From assembly GCF_964355755.1 (NCBI RefSeq), contig NC_092675.1, forward strand, positions 19,564,912 to 19,628,911: a stretch of DNA of 64,000 bases. The letters run 5' to 3'. This stretch comes from Antedon mediterranea (taxonomy: Eukaryota > Animalia > Echinodermata). Made by a program: the position numbers and the translations under genes. Positions 54,401 to 64,000 of this stretch are shown piece by piece. The notes below the pieces were generated by a model that was not told where the DNA came from, did no database searches, and was given only the letters and a program-made list of their open reading frames with translations. Position 1 is the first letter of the stretch, and the number at the start of each line of letters is the position of its first letter.

Positions 54401-57400
54401 AATCATAATGGCATTCAAGCATCTGTATGATATTTCCAATAATACAATAGGCCTACCTTCACCGCAATTACTACCCTTGAAACCAGGCGGACAGACACAT
54501 AGACCAGTAACATCGTCACATACTCCTCCATTGTAGCACGTAGGGCATCGGTTCTGGCACGTTGGTCCCCATTGAGACTCTGAGCAGCCTATATGGAAAT
54601 GGTTAAAACAGATATTAAAGGTTCGTATTATTGGGCGTTCATGCGATTTCGAACAGTTTCTTGAGCTTCGAGTTAAAACCGCTTATGGATCAATAGTGTT
54701 ACCATCGTATGGATTATTGCGATATTGATAATGATACCGCATCACTTGGAAATGACATTGACTTAGCCTAATATCTTTAACAATGAATTTTAGTATACAT
54801 GTCATTTCTGAAGACCGATAAAAACGGTCACACGTACAGTATGTCAATTAAAATTATTTCAACGAGTTTGTTGTTTACATTATTTAGATGGTACGTCTTT
54901 CACACCAAATGCTTAGACTTGTAGTCTGTAGTTTAAGGTTTAAGTTTCGAGGCTTTTCGATATTTGTCTCAAGTAGTATACCTATGAAACGCTATATGTG
55001 CCTAAATATTTATCTTTTTACTAATATATATGTCAAAACTCCGTCTGTAACCCAGACTAACCAAATGCTGTACGCGCAATCTGATGCAAACTGAACCGAG
55101 CCGAACCAGAGCAGCTTCTGATGTGAAAGACTCTTAACTGAATGAATAGTTAACACTTGAGAGTAAGCTAGGCTTACTTTTTGTTTCCGAGTGCTGGACA
55201 AGAAAAGCAAGTAACATCGCGTCTGCTGCTCCTTCCTCGATCATAATTTTACTAATTCTAACGGTTGCTTATTTATTAATTGATCTATTTCGTTTTCTGC
55301 TTAATATGCCTACCCGCACTGAATATTTTTATTAATTCTCACTGATTTGCGAATTCTCAATTAGTTTGTTTGACATTCATTTATAAATAGGCCCACACTG
55401 GGTCGCCAAGCAAGGTGACATCAGTCGAGTGTCTCGAGGCAACAATCATAAAATATATTAAGATTAAGAACATGAGGAAGGACTACATAATTTCTGTCCG
55501 ACCTATTTAGAGTAGACAAATATATATGTACCTCGTACTATGAGCCTCATGATAGCATGCTTGGCTTCACTTCTTCTGTTGTTTAGATAACATTCATATA
55601 TCCCAGCATCAGCTTTCGTTACATATGGAATTGAAACAGTATCCAATCCTGACCACTTTTCGATGATGTTTTCATTCAGCCGCCATCGCAAATCAGAGGC
55701 GCTGCCACGTATCTGGTTCATTTCTATTGTAACTGTTTCACCAAAACTTGTAGATTGCGTCTGTTTTCCTGGTGTAATATATGCTAAAAGGTTAAAAAGC
55801 AAGATGCTATGTTGATGGTACATACTCGGTTGCTTTTAATGATACGGATCAGAGGTGTGTATGTATGTGTTGGGAAATCGGTGAGGTTTGCAAATCACCT
55901 CCTATCATTGTTTTGTTGAGCCTTTTGAAGTAACATGCGGTATGTTTGTTTTTCTTTTAAAGTTACTGTTAAGATATATTGTCCTCTTGAAAAATGTTGT
56001 TAATTTGTTGAGTTTTTGTTGTTGAATACGACATTGTAATGTTACATAGGCCTAATAGTTATTCACTTTGACTGATCGAAAACAAAATTATTTACCTTTT
56101 TTTTTAAATTGTCAAATTGTCTATGACAAATTGACAATGGGTTTCTGTTCAATTCAAGTATACATTAGTAAAAAATATATAGCAATAACAATAATAAATT
56201 ATGTATTTTTACAGTTCAATTTCAATTTCAATTTAATTTATTTCCACAATATGATAACATACCGTAGGCCTACATACATAAATGCAATGAAGTTATCATG
56301 TGTGGGGAGAGTCATATAAATCAGAAAGACTTTAAGTTTGACCCACCCCAAGAAAAATATGTCAAAACAAATTGTAAAAAAGAAATCGAGATATTCTTTT
56401 TGCAAACCAATTATCGGTCTTCTTATCTTCTTTTACAATGACTGAATTATCATGAATAAATATTTGATTAGATATATAGAATTACTGATACAAACCATCG
56501 CTTGCCAACGTGATTGTAGGAATGTATGAAGAGGTCCCTGCTGATCTTACTGACTCACAAAAAAATGCACCAACTCTTTTATCTCCGTTCAGGTATTGAC
56601 GTTTAACATACCGCTTGTTTGAAAAAGATCTAGTGTACACACTACCGTCACCCGTCGGTAAATCCATTCCGCTGCCGGTATCAACTACTCGTCCAAAGGA
56701 TGTGGTAACTTCTGTTTCCTTCATATCTAAATAGCTACCAATAAAGGCGGATGTATCCTTGTTTAAATCCAGTGAGCGAATTGGCTTAGAATTAAAACAT
56801 GTCTGATCCGGAATTTGGCCTAGTAAAACAGATATAAAGAATATGTTAGAATAAAATTTAATTTAAACAAAGGATGTATACAAAATAATTATTGTGTAGG
56901 CCTGTTAGTATATACAGTATAAGAATATATTATCCTTAATTGTTACAAACAATCTGTTTTCAATTTTTGTTTAATCCTATCTAGCGAAGGAAATATAATC
57001 TTTGAAGAAAGGATAATTATTAATTAAACAATGTTGTGGTATTAAGGCCTAATGAAGACTACTTACAATTTGCATGTTTGATGCAATCCCTAAATATAGT
57101 AAAGTATATACAACATTCAGATCTATAGCTATCAGGTATGGCATGTGACCAGTCACCAGTCAATAAAATCGTTTGATAGTATAGGCCTACGCACAATTTT
57201 AAATATGTGTTGTCCCACAAACATTAAAAATATAGATTACTAAAATAAGACGTTGAATAGGCCTTTTTGTAGTTTTCGTAACCTAATAGTTTTTTTTTAA
57301 AGTTAAAAACGAATAAAAATAATGATTTCATTTATAAAAAGACAAAAAAAAACGTTTAAATGTAACTAAAACCCCATTGTCTGACAGAGAAATTTTACTT

Positions 57401-57621
57401 ATTTTTAAATTTAAATGACAGTTTCTTAAGTAGGCCTAAATAGATTTTTCGATTCAATTTTTAGTCAAAGTGAATATACCAGGGAGTTCAACTCCCTGAA
57501 TATACTATGTGATATTAAAATGGCATATTAACATGACAACATTAACATAACAACAAAATACAAACTTACTAAGAACAATCCCGGCAAATGAAAACATAAA
57601 GATATGATAAATATTAATCAT
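39767..57621 (-). CDS. Tie/angiopoietin-receptor-like type I membrane protein (SP-Ig-Ig-EGFx4-Ig-FN3x~19-RPTP-like membrane-proximal segment-TM-short tail), ~2520 aa, no catalytic domain
   Basis: 34 exons (minus): 57621-57570 signal peptide; 56819-56496 Ig1 (RVGAFFC); 55783-55532 Ig2 (DAGIYEC...RLIVR); EGF 54588-54457, 54358-54215 (CVPDPIGCSC, cf. Tie2 CLPDPYGCSC), 53725-53594, 52528-52382; Ig3 52172-51879; FN3 51551-51240 (GDGP...VRPGVKGTGPPSP) and 50980-50699; 14 repeat exons 50392-44673; then 44514-44224, 43799-43558, 43277-43217, 42896-42793, 42490-42280, 41750-41660, 41170-40924 (YITA...FIIGNGETYADYYNAPL), 40641-40584, 40472-40367 (TM), 39839-39767. Phases join into one 7569-nt frame. 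The last exon is uncertain. Confidence 0.88.
41806..42205. repeat. Intronic tandem repeat, ~180 bp x2.2
   Basis: gagcgtaaaagcacat..caatgcc..cgcatgcg.acaat starts at ~41806, ~41986 and ~42167, with shared gacgacctta...taggaccacgcatattg...agaatccacaaa. Confidence 0.85.
43918..44205 (+). mobile_element. tRNA-derived SINE with Deu/Nin-type central domain
   Basis: Degenerate A/B boxes (tggccg...ggttcga), core cttctcggataag...accgtaggtccagtgtacacatctagctc...ttaaagaaccta...gagacgagtag, AT-rich tail. Second copy at 16064. Confidence 0.7.
44673..50392 (-). repeat. Seven tandem ~830-bp units, each with two phase-1 FN3 exons (B, 291 nt; A, 282 nt)
   Basis: B exons: 50392-50102, 49560-49270, 48737-48447, 47875-47585, 47037-46747, 46208-45918, 45383-45093. 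A exons: 49972-49691, 49148-48867, 48291-48010, 47446-47165, 46622-46338 (+3 nt), 45794-45513, 44954-44673. Translations are near-identical in the ORF track. Confidence 0.97.
52761..53454. mobile_element. MITE family 3 (GGCCAATTTACAC-type TIR, Harbinger-like) hosting a nested MITE
   Basis: taaGGCCAATTTAAACAGGCGAGCGGTAAC ... GTTACCGCTCGCTGTGTAAATTGGCCttta. Confidence 0.8.
52810..53273. mobile_element. MITE family 2 (AGGGAGGTTTCGCAACCTTACGAATACG TIR), nested
   Basis: AGGGAGGTTTCCCAACCTTACGAATACG ... CGTATTCGTAAGATTGCGAAACCTCTCT. An inverted copy lies at 61074-61444. Confidence 0.85.
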
Positions 57622-58436
57622 CTTTGTGTCTCACGGATGACGGTTGGAAATATTTCTCTTCCAAAACATGTAGATGTATTGAAATGTAATTGCATCTAAG
57701 CTTCACGTGGTTGTGACATGGTTATTTTATATGGTCTTGAAGTGTTGAGAAGACAATGAAAACTCATTATATGAAACTTGATATAATAATTATACAAGGA
57801 AGTAGAGATAAAATGTTGGTTCTTAAAAGGTCTTTATGTGAAAGTATTCCCAAAGATTCGAGTTTCTCTTTCAAATATGAAATATCAGAATATCAATGAG
57901 AGAAAAGGCTACTGAGTCTGTAGCTAAAAAATATGATGAAGGGACAAAGTAGGAACATTGTTCAGTTGAATGAATGTATTATGTTGCCCTGATCATTTAC
58001 AACGCATCAACACTCTGCCATCCAGGTAGCCCTCATATGCAAATGAGCATTTTTATGGCAACCTCTATGTTTTCATACCCAATGGACACATTTAAACCAT
58101 TTTCAGTATTAACTATGTATAACATCTGGATAAGCGATTTAAAAGTATAGCTGACGGGACAAATTGGAAACGCCCTTCCCCTTCGGCACACCCTTCATCA
58201 TTTTCTTGAAAACAATGTTGTTGCTATTTGTCCCCTATATAAGGATGTCAGATGGAAGAGATTCTGCTGTAATTTTTATTTTAAATTTTTTTGTTTTTCT
58301 GTCTTTTTTCGTATTTATATGGTGGTTGATTATTTTGTTATATCACGAACTTGTGTAAAAACAATCAATGTTGATTGAACGAATTGTACTGTGTATCAGT
58401 CTCGTATCTAAATGAAGATTATATATAATTAAATGA

Positions 58437-58565
58437 ATATAAATCCAAAGACAAAATACTGAAAAAATGACAATGCTGTAGTTATCAGTGGCTGGATCTC
58501 AATGGATTAAAACAGCTAAAAAAGTTAGCAGAGCTTTCGGGCAACACTAGCCCTTCATCAGTGTA
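58437..58565 (-). mobile_element. Penelope-like pLTR fragment with hammerhead (second copy of the 9195 family)
   Basis: Minus strand: ACA-CTGATGA-A-GGGCtagtgttGCCC-GAAA-GCTC-TGC (hammerhead at ~58526-58565) followed by ccattgagatccagccactgata...ttggatttata. Confidence 0.75.
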
Positions 58566-59048
58566 TAATGTAATAACATCCTTGGCCACAATCTGGTGTT
58601 TAGTAGGTTTCAAGTTGTTATTTTAGGCTAAATTTCACACCAATGTCCAATTTATAACCTGTTTATCATTTTAGGAGTGTTTATGTTACCGTTTAATAGC
58701 TACATAAATATCACATGGAATTTCCAAAGAAAGTTGTTGTGAATCACCAGCCGTTATTAAACTTGCTGCGTAGAGCCAAATAAAAAAAAATTATATATCC
58801 GTTAAGCCTACTCTCGATTGGCGGAATGGCTCTACCTCATGGGAATATCCTACATTGTTTTCTTTTAAAACTGATTGAAAAAACTTATTTTAATATCAGA
58901 ACCCAACAAGTCCCAAGTAGGCCTACTTTTTGTTTAGTAATTTATTATTATTATTCAGACACCCAACAAAGTCTTTAAGTATTTTTTATCGTCTCAAGAG
59001 GGCGCTACAAGGATAACATGTTTTTTTTTCTCCTCTGTCAAATTGAAG

Positions 59049-62000
59049 ATGGCTGCTTGCATGAATGCTTTGGATGAAAAGTCCATGTTAGAAGAAGAAT
59101 TTCAGACATGGAATGGTCTCACGAAAGATCCTACCGAAACCATAATAATGATTGATGTAAGTATATTGATCACAGTGCATAAATATTGTTGCAGGTTCCG
59201 CTCACAATATAATAACTACTAGGCTAGTCTTCTTGACAGGAGTAGGCCTAGCCTAGGCTAGGCTAGCCTAAAAAAAGGATAAAGAGTAGGCTAGTGTAGT
59301 GATGATGGTGTGTCATTCAACTACTCCCGGCCCTCACCCCGTCCTAGCACACAGAGACATCATTTCGTCGTGTCCCACCAGGAACCAGACCAGAACAGTT
59401 TCCACAGAACTGCCTTTAAATCCCCCTACTTTCTTGATAAAATGCACTAGGCCTAGGCCTAGGCCTACTCTGTACATATTTCCTTGTAAATTTAATGCAT
59501 GGCTACAAGATTGCAGATTTTACCATAAATATGAATACAATATTTCATTCTCTATTAAAGTATTATCGTACAACCAGATTTGAAGAATTCTTAACATTTT
59601 AGGTGTTAATTTTTTTTTCAGAGTACAGTTGACAAATCTGGAAGTGTATGCCTTAATCTACTTCTAGCTGGTCAACATGAGTTCAAACTTTTTTGTCCGA
59701 AAGGTATTGTATTGACAAAATTGTTGATTTGTATTGTGGACATTTTTTTTTAACGACTTCTAGTAATTATACAAAATGAATTCACAAAACAATTGCTGAC
59801 AAAAAGAATCATGAATTTGTATTTTATAATATTTACGTATGATTTTATCAACGATTTTACAGGAAAAGGGGGTACAAATTAACATTAAAAATCGTTAAAA
59901 TATTCTATTTTTTTGTTTTGAAGTTTAACCGAGTTCAACTTCAAGGTTTAACGATCATTAAAACTAACCAATCAAATGGTTCATAAATTACATCGCCATA
60001 GTTTGTGAAAAAATATGTATGCGCTGACAATTCTTGAATTTTTACAATGCGACAATGTTTGTCTTTAGTGTAAAGCCTAGATTAAGATATCAGCGAAAGC
60101 ATATCCTAGGCTGGGTTGAAGCATAAAAAACCCGTAACTTTTCAATTTTAATACAGGCCCGGCTGCGCGTGATTTTGTAAAACTTCATGTCCGCATGTCC
60201 CAGCAATGCATGCGAGAACCAAGAAACTATGAACAATCGCATAAAAATGTGTAAATATTCGCGGTCTGGCTCGATCATCGTTATTTATTTTCAACGATTT
60301 GAAAGTTCAACGCAACTTAGCGCAACTAGCAACACGACTACCCAGCAAGCTAGCAAATATTTTGGTAAATGTATACTGTGTCAACTGACTGACCAATCAC
60401 AAAAATTGAAAACTCTCTAATATACATATTGAGTGAGACCCTTTAAATTTTTAAAAGATTTTGAATATCATCAACTCATACAGGTGTACACAGTTACCTA
60501 CAGTAGATGAGGGAGGGGACAATTGAGTCTGAAATAAATAATTCTGTAACTTTAGAATAATCAGTAGATTATTTTCTTTAGGTTTCATAAAATTGTCTTC
60601 AAATTTTTTAGACTATCCAAGATACAACTCCGGATGCACATTCAATGTTGATACAGGAAATGATCATTTCTTCTGGAAAAAATCATTAAATGAGGTATTA
60701 ATACAGTAATAATACAGTAATAATCATTAATTGAGGTATTAATACAGTAATAATACAGTAATAATCATTAAATGAGGTATTAATACAGTAATAATAATTT
60801 GGTAATATAAAATTGAAAGAGTAAATAATGTATTGAAAAAATAGGTAATAATAATATGGTAATAAAAAAATAAAAAAATAAATAAAAAAGTAAGAACAAT
60901 TATAACATATCAGTATCATAGTATGCAATGTTGAATATAAAGCTCTGTCTACCTCAAACTTCATGTGATGTGCCCATATATGGACATGATGATGTCATAT
61001 CACTACCATATTTGAGAATATCACTTCGATATTTGGCACATCATACTTTTTTTTATCAAACTAGTTTGATAGTAGAGAGGTTTTGCAATTTTACGAATAC
61101 GATAACGAAAACGGATACGTCACGCACACGTATTCGTTCTCGTAAGCCAGTAAAAATCTGTTTCGCATGGCAACGAAATATTGAGGGCGCCGTCCAAAAT
61201 ATGACTGCGGTAATTTTTAGCGAAGCGAAGGTACGTGTTGCTTGGCGGCCTAGGCCTAGCATAACATCAAAGCGAGTGAGGACTTTAAAAACTGCTATTT
61301 ATCAAAATTGACCTGGCATTTTAGTGATATTTGTCAACACGGATACGCTTTACGAATATGAAATGTGGATCAGCTCAAAAGTTTCACAAATGTATGACGT
61401 ATCCGTTTTTCGTTATCGTATTCGTAAGGTTGCGAAACCTCCCTTTTGGAGATAGAGCTTAAGACCATGATGATTTGTGTCGCTTTAGATTTTGTAATAG
61501 CAACAGTCTTAATTCCAAGATCAGCAGCTGCACTTTTACATATTATCTTTCTTGACTTAGTTTTTCAGAGACAGTAAAAGAAAACTTTTGCTGACTGATG
61601 TCTTAGACAAAGCACTAAGTTTGCATGTTACATTGCCTGCTAAGCCAATAATCATAGATCTGACATTAGACCAGACTGAAGGGGATGAAGACGAAGATGA
61701 AACTACAACAGCTGAAGATGAAACAACTGCCGACGAAGTAGGTCCAACCTTTTCCACAATGTATATAAATTAGCTGTCTTAAAATGTCTCGTTTCATTTT
61801 TACCAATTTGTTTCCTTTGTTCAAATTGTGTAGTTCTTGAAAACAAAAATATGTTTTTTTAAAAATTCAATAGGATTTTTCTTTGCTGGATGATGATTCA
61901 TACTTTACAACTGAATGGGAATTACAAGTAACAAAATTGAGGGTAAGTTTGTTGGTTATGCTCTCTAGTTATCACTGTAAATTTTCTTAAATAGTCCCTC

Positions 62001-63488
62001 AAAATCCTACCTGCAATGTAGAGATGTTTTTTCCCCCAACCTAAATATTAATCTGGAATTCACTCAATTGACATCTTGTAACCCCTTTGTAACTATATCC
62101 CAGGACCTAATTATATACCAGCATATACTTACAAAACTTTCTTTAAAAGATGTACATGATTTCTGTAAATGGAATCACAACATAATATAAACAGTTAACA
62201 GTAGTGGAGCTGCTTGGTGGTGAACGTGCTTGCCTTCCAATCCCAAGGTTCAGGGGTCAATCCTGACCTACTGCCAGGGTTGTAACTCACAGCTATTTCA
62301 ACTCCACTCCCAAGCCTTTCAAATAAGACTTAGTTTATGAGCATGATAATTTATAAAATAGTTTATCCATCCTGTAATTGGCGAGTTACTCGCTGGATGC
62401 ATATGAAATTTTAAAAATAATGTAAAAAGGCAAAATGTGAGAGTTCAAACTGCCTGATATTGTTGTAAATTAATAATTGTAAAATAATAAAAGTAAGAAA
62501 TCCGCTATACACTCCAACCAAGACTCAAACTCTGACCTTATGCTTGTATTATATATACCAGTCATTAGCTTACTAAGTCATTGTTATTGTAAAAGATTAC
62601 AAATTTGTATGAGATTGTCTTTTAAAATAGAAAAATTGGGCAACAAAGGAAACAGAAATACGAGAAGCAATGAAAAAGCAACCATCCAGTTTAAATGCTT
62701 CACCGATTCACAACAGTTTGATTACAATGCCATCATCTTCAAAAGCTCCACACTTAACTCCAGGTATGTTAAGCTCTGTTTACACTATCAAACTTTATGT
62801 GAGAAAACAATGTGATGTGCCTATATATGTACATGATGATATCATATCACTACCACATTTAGGAATATCACTACCACATTTAGGAATATCACTACCATAT
62901 TTTGGCAAAAGTTTGATAGTGTAGACATAGCTTAACTCTATAGTGTATTACTCATATACCCTGGTAATTTGATTGGATGGTTTTGTATCACATGGTATTT
63001 CAAATTTTTTCCAATTCTACAGTAAAATAAAATACATTGGTTTTATTCAACATCCAGCTTGTCTAAATTATAAAGTATCTGAATTCATCATGTGATCGTT
63101 TTTTCTTTGCAAATTATTATTTTAATTAATAATAATATATTTATAGCAGTATCTCTTCAGAGATCTATCTTGTGATGTGAATGAATCTGACACACTGTAG
63201 AGCTTTAAGATGGGTTAGTTTCGTATCATGTGCCGCCGTTCAATATTAGTTCTATTGCATGGGAAAACTTCTTTGTAATCGCCAAGATTGTACAGCGATT
63301 TCACTGTGTGCAAAAACTCCTAATGAGATCTATTACATATATTAATTGATTAATATACTATATCATTTTTTATATTCAATTATTTTAATGCAGGTAAATG
63401 TGATAGTCAAGGTACTAGACAGATATTCAGCACTAGAGCTGCTTCAGGAGTTCTTGCTAATGATCTCATCTCCATTCTAGAGTCAAAG
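59049..63488 (+). CDS. 5' part of a probable RWD/UBC-fold (UBE2Q-like architecture) ubiquitin-conjugation protein; continues past the window end
   Basis: Exons 59049-59156, 59622-59703, 60612-60694, 61561-61737, 61874-61942, 62631-62763, 63394-63488, all GT-AG and in frame. ATG sits in AAGATGGC (YY1-type context). FKLFCPKDYP resembles the RWD/UBC-fold YP motif, followed by an acidic linker (GDEDEDE) and QIFSTRAASGVLANDLISILE, resembling helix 1 of an E2 domain. Gene structure is solid; family assignment is tentative. Confidence 0.75.
59218..59470. repeat. CTAG/AGGCCT-rich tract at the start of intron 1 of the RWD/UBC-like gene
   Basis: taggctagtc...agtaggcctagcctaggctaggctagccta...ctaggcctaggcctaggcctac. 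Confidence 0.7.
60681..60793. repeat. 41-bp tandem repeat x~2.7 spanning an exon/intron junction
   Basis: Unit aatcattaaatgag|gtattaatacagtaataatacagtaat starts at 60681, 60722 and 60763. The first copy contains the real donor at 60695. Confidence 0.9.
60939..61461 (+). mobile_element. MITE family 1 copy whose right TIR is interrupted by a family 2 MITE (61074-61444)
   Basis: aaagctctgtctac...tcaaactagtttgatagt|AGAGAGGTTTTGCAATTTTACGAATACG...CGTATTCGTAAGGTTGCGAAACCTCCCT|tttggagatagagctta. Confidence 0.85.
62205..62405 (+). mobile_element. Probable tRNA-derived SINE (second family)
   Basis: Degenerate tRNA-like head (ttggtggtgaacgtgcttgccttccaatcccaaggttcaggggtcaatcctgacc) followed by a non-tRNA body. 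Cloverleaf not intact. Confidence 0.45.
62770..62934 (+). mobile_element. MITE family 1 copy, ~6 bp from an exon donor
   Basis: taagctctgtttacactatcaaactttatgtg...agtttgatagtgtagacatagcttaa. Confidence 0.85.
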
Positions 63489-63634
63489 GTCAGATACTTA
63501 TTTATTTAGACTTTGCCTGCCTGCATTATATTCTTATTCACTCTGTGAAGACTGCAAAATGAGTTGAGGATGTCTTACACAAACCCTAGCATACAGTATT
63601 TAGTCTTTTTTTAACTCGTCTTTTTCCGTGTTTA

Positions 63635-63957
63635 AAGCTTGATTCCCACTAGCGACGCAACGTAACGCAACATAAGCAAATGCCCTTCAAATAATTGTGT
63701 TTGCCCCCGCCTGTGTGAAATCAAACCTGCTTGTTGCGCGTCAATGTTAGCATGCCGTAGACTTTGACCTGGTTCACCCCATGTACCTTTGAGTACGCGC
63801 TGTTATTTTGCCTTGCGTTGTTGCGTGAAAGCAAACTGATTTGATTTCCCGTAGCGATGTTTGCAGCACTGTTACGTTGTTGGTTCCCACTTGTGATTGC
63901 ACAATACAACACTTTGCATCGATACATTACGTTGCGTTCTAGTGGGAACCATGCTTA
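63635..63957 (+). mobile_element. MITE family 4, uninterrupted copy
   Basis: aagcttgattcccactagcgacgcaacg ... cgttgcgttctagtgggaaccatgctta. Confidence 0.85.
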
Positions 63958-64000
63958 AGTGTCCATAATACAAGATCAGGCACAGTCTTTGTTCTAATAG

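Noticed and set aside
54805-54840. CTGAAGA...hairpin resembling a fourth hammerhead
   Set aside because: The GAAA core is missing (CACAC instead), so it is degenerate or chance.
57067-57144. ATG-initiated short minus-strand ORF ending at a gtaagt donor; possible alternative first exon of the receptor
   Set aside because: It ends in phase 0, whereas exon 2 needs phase 1. The 57621-57570 exon fits the phase and encodes a signal peptide.
60681-60793. Short repeats here and at 14886 considered as CRISPR-like arrays
   Set aside because: No unique spacers, no cas genes, and the context is eukaryotic introns; these are simple tandem repeats.

Overview
AT-rich, intron-rich animal genomic DNA, not prokaryotic. 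An invertebrate deuterostome, probably an echinoderm, is inferred from the AGGCCT/TAGGCCTA enrichment, a Deu/Nin-type SINE and a Tie-like receptor. Genes were assembled by hand from GT-AG splice sites. (1) A complete kinesin-13/KIF2A gene (-; 18 core exons, 691 aa) with several candidate microexons. (2) An unrecognised secreted 10-Cys protein of 129 aa (+). (3) Two tandem MGST1-like MAPEG paralogs (+). (4) A 34-exon, ~2520-aa type I membrane protein (-) with a Tie-type head (Ig-Ig-EGFx4-Ig), ~19 FN3 domains (14 from a recent 7x tandem exon-pair amplification), an RPTP-like membrane-proximal segment and TM, and no kinase or phosphatase domain. (5) The 5' part of an RWD/UBC-like gene (+) that runs off the window. 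(6) A possible exon of a gene running off the left end. Introns and intergenic DNA hold many MITEs (several nested), a HINE/Helentron-like element, SINEs, a LINE remnant and three Penelope-type minimal hammerhead ribozymes. The best candidate for something new is the catalytically empty Tie/RPTP hybrid receptor, whose expandable FN3 stalk may be locked by inter-domain disulfides.
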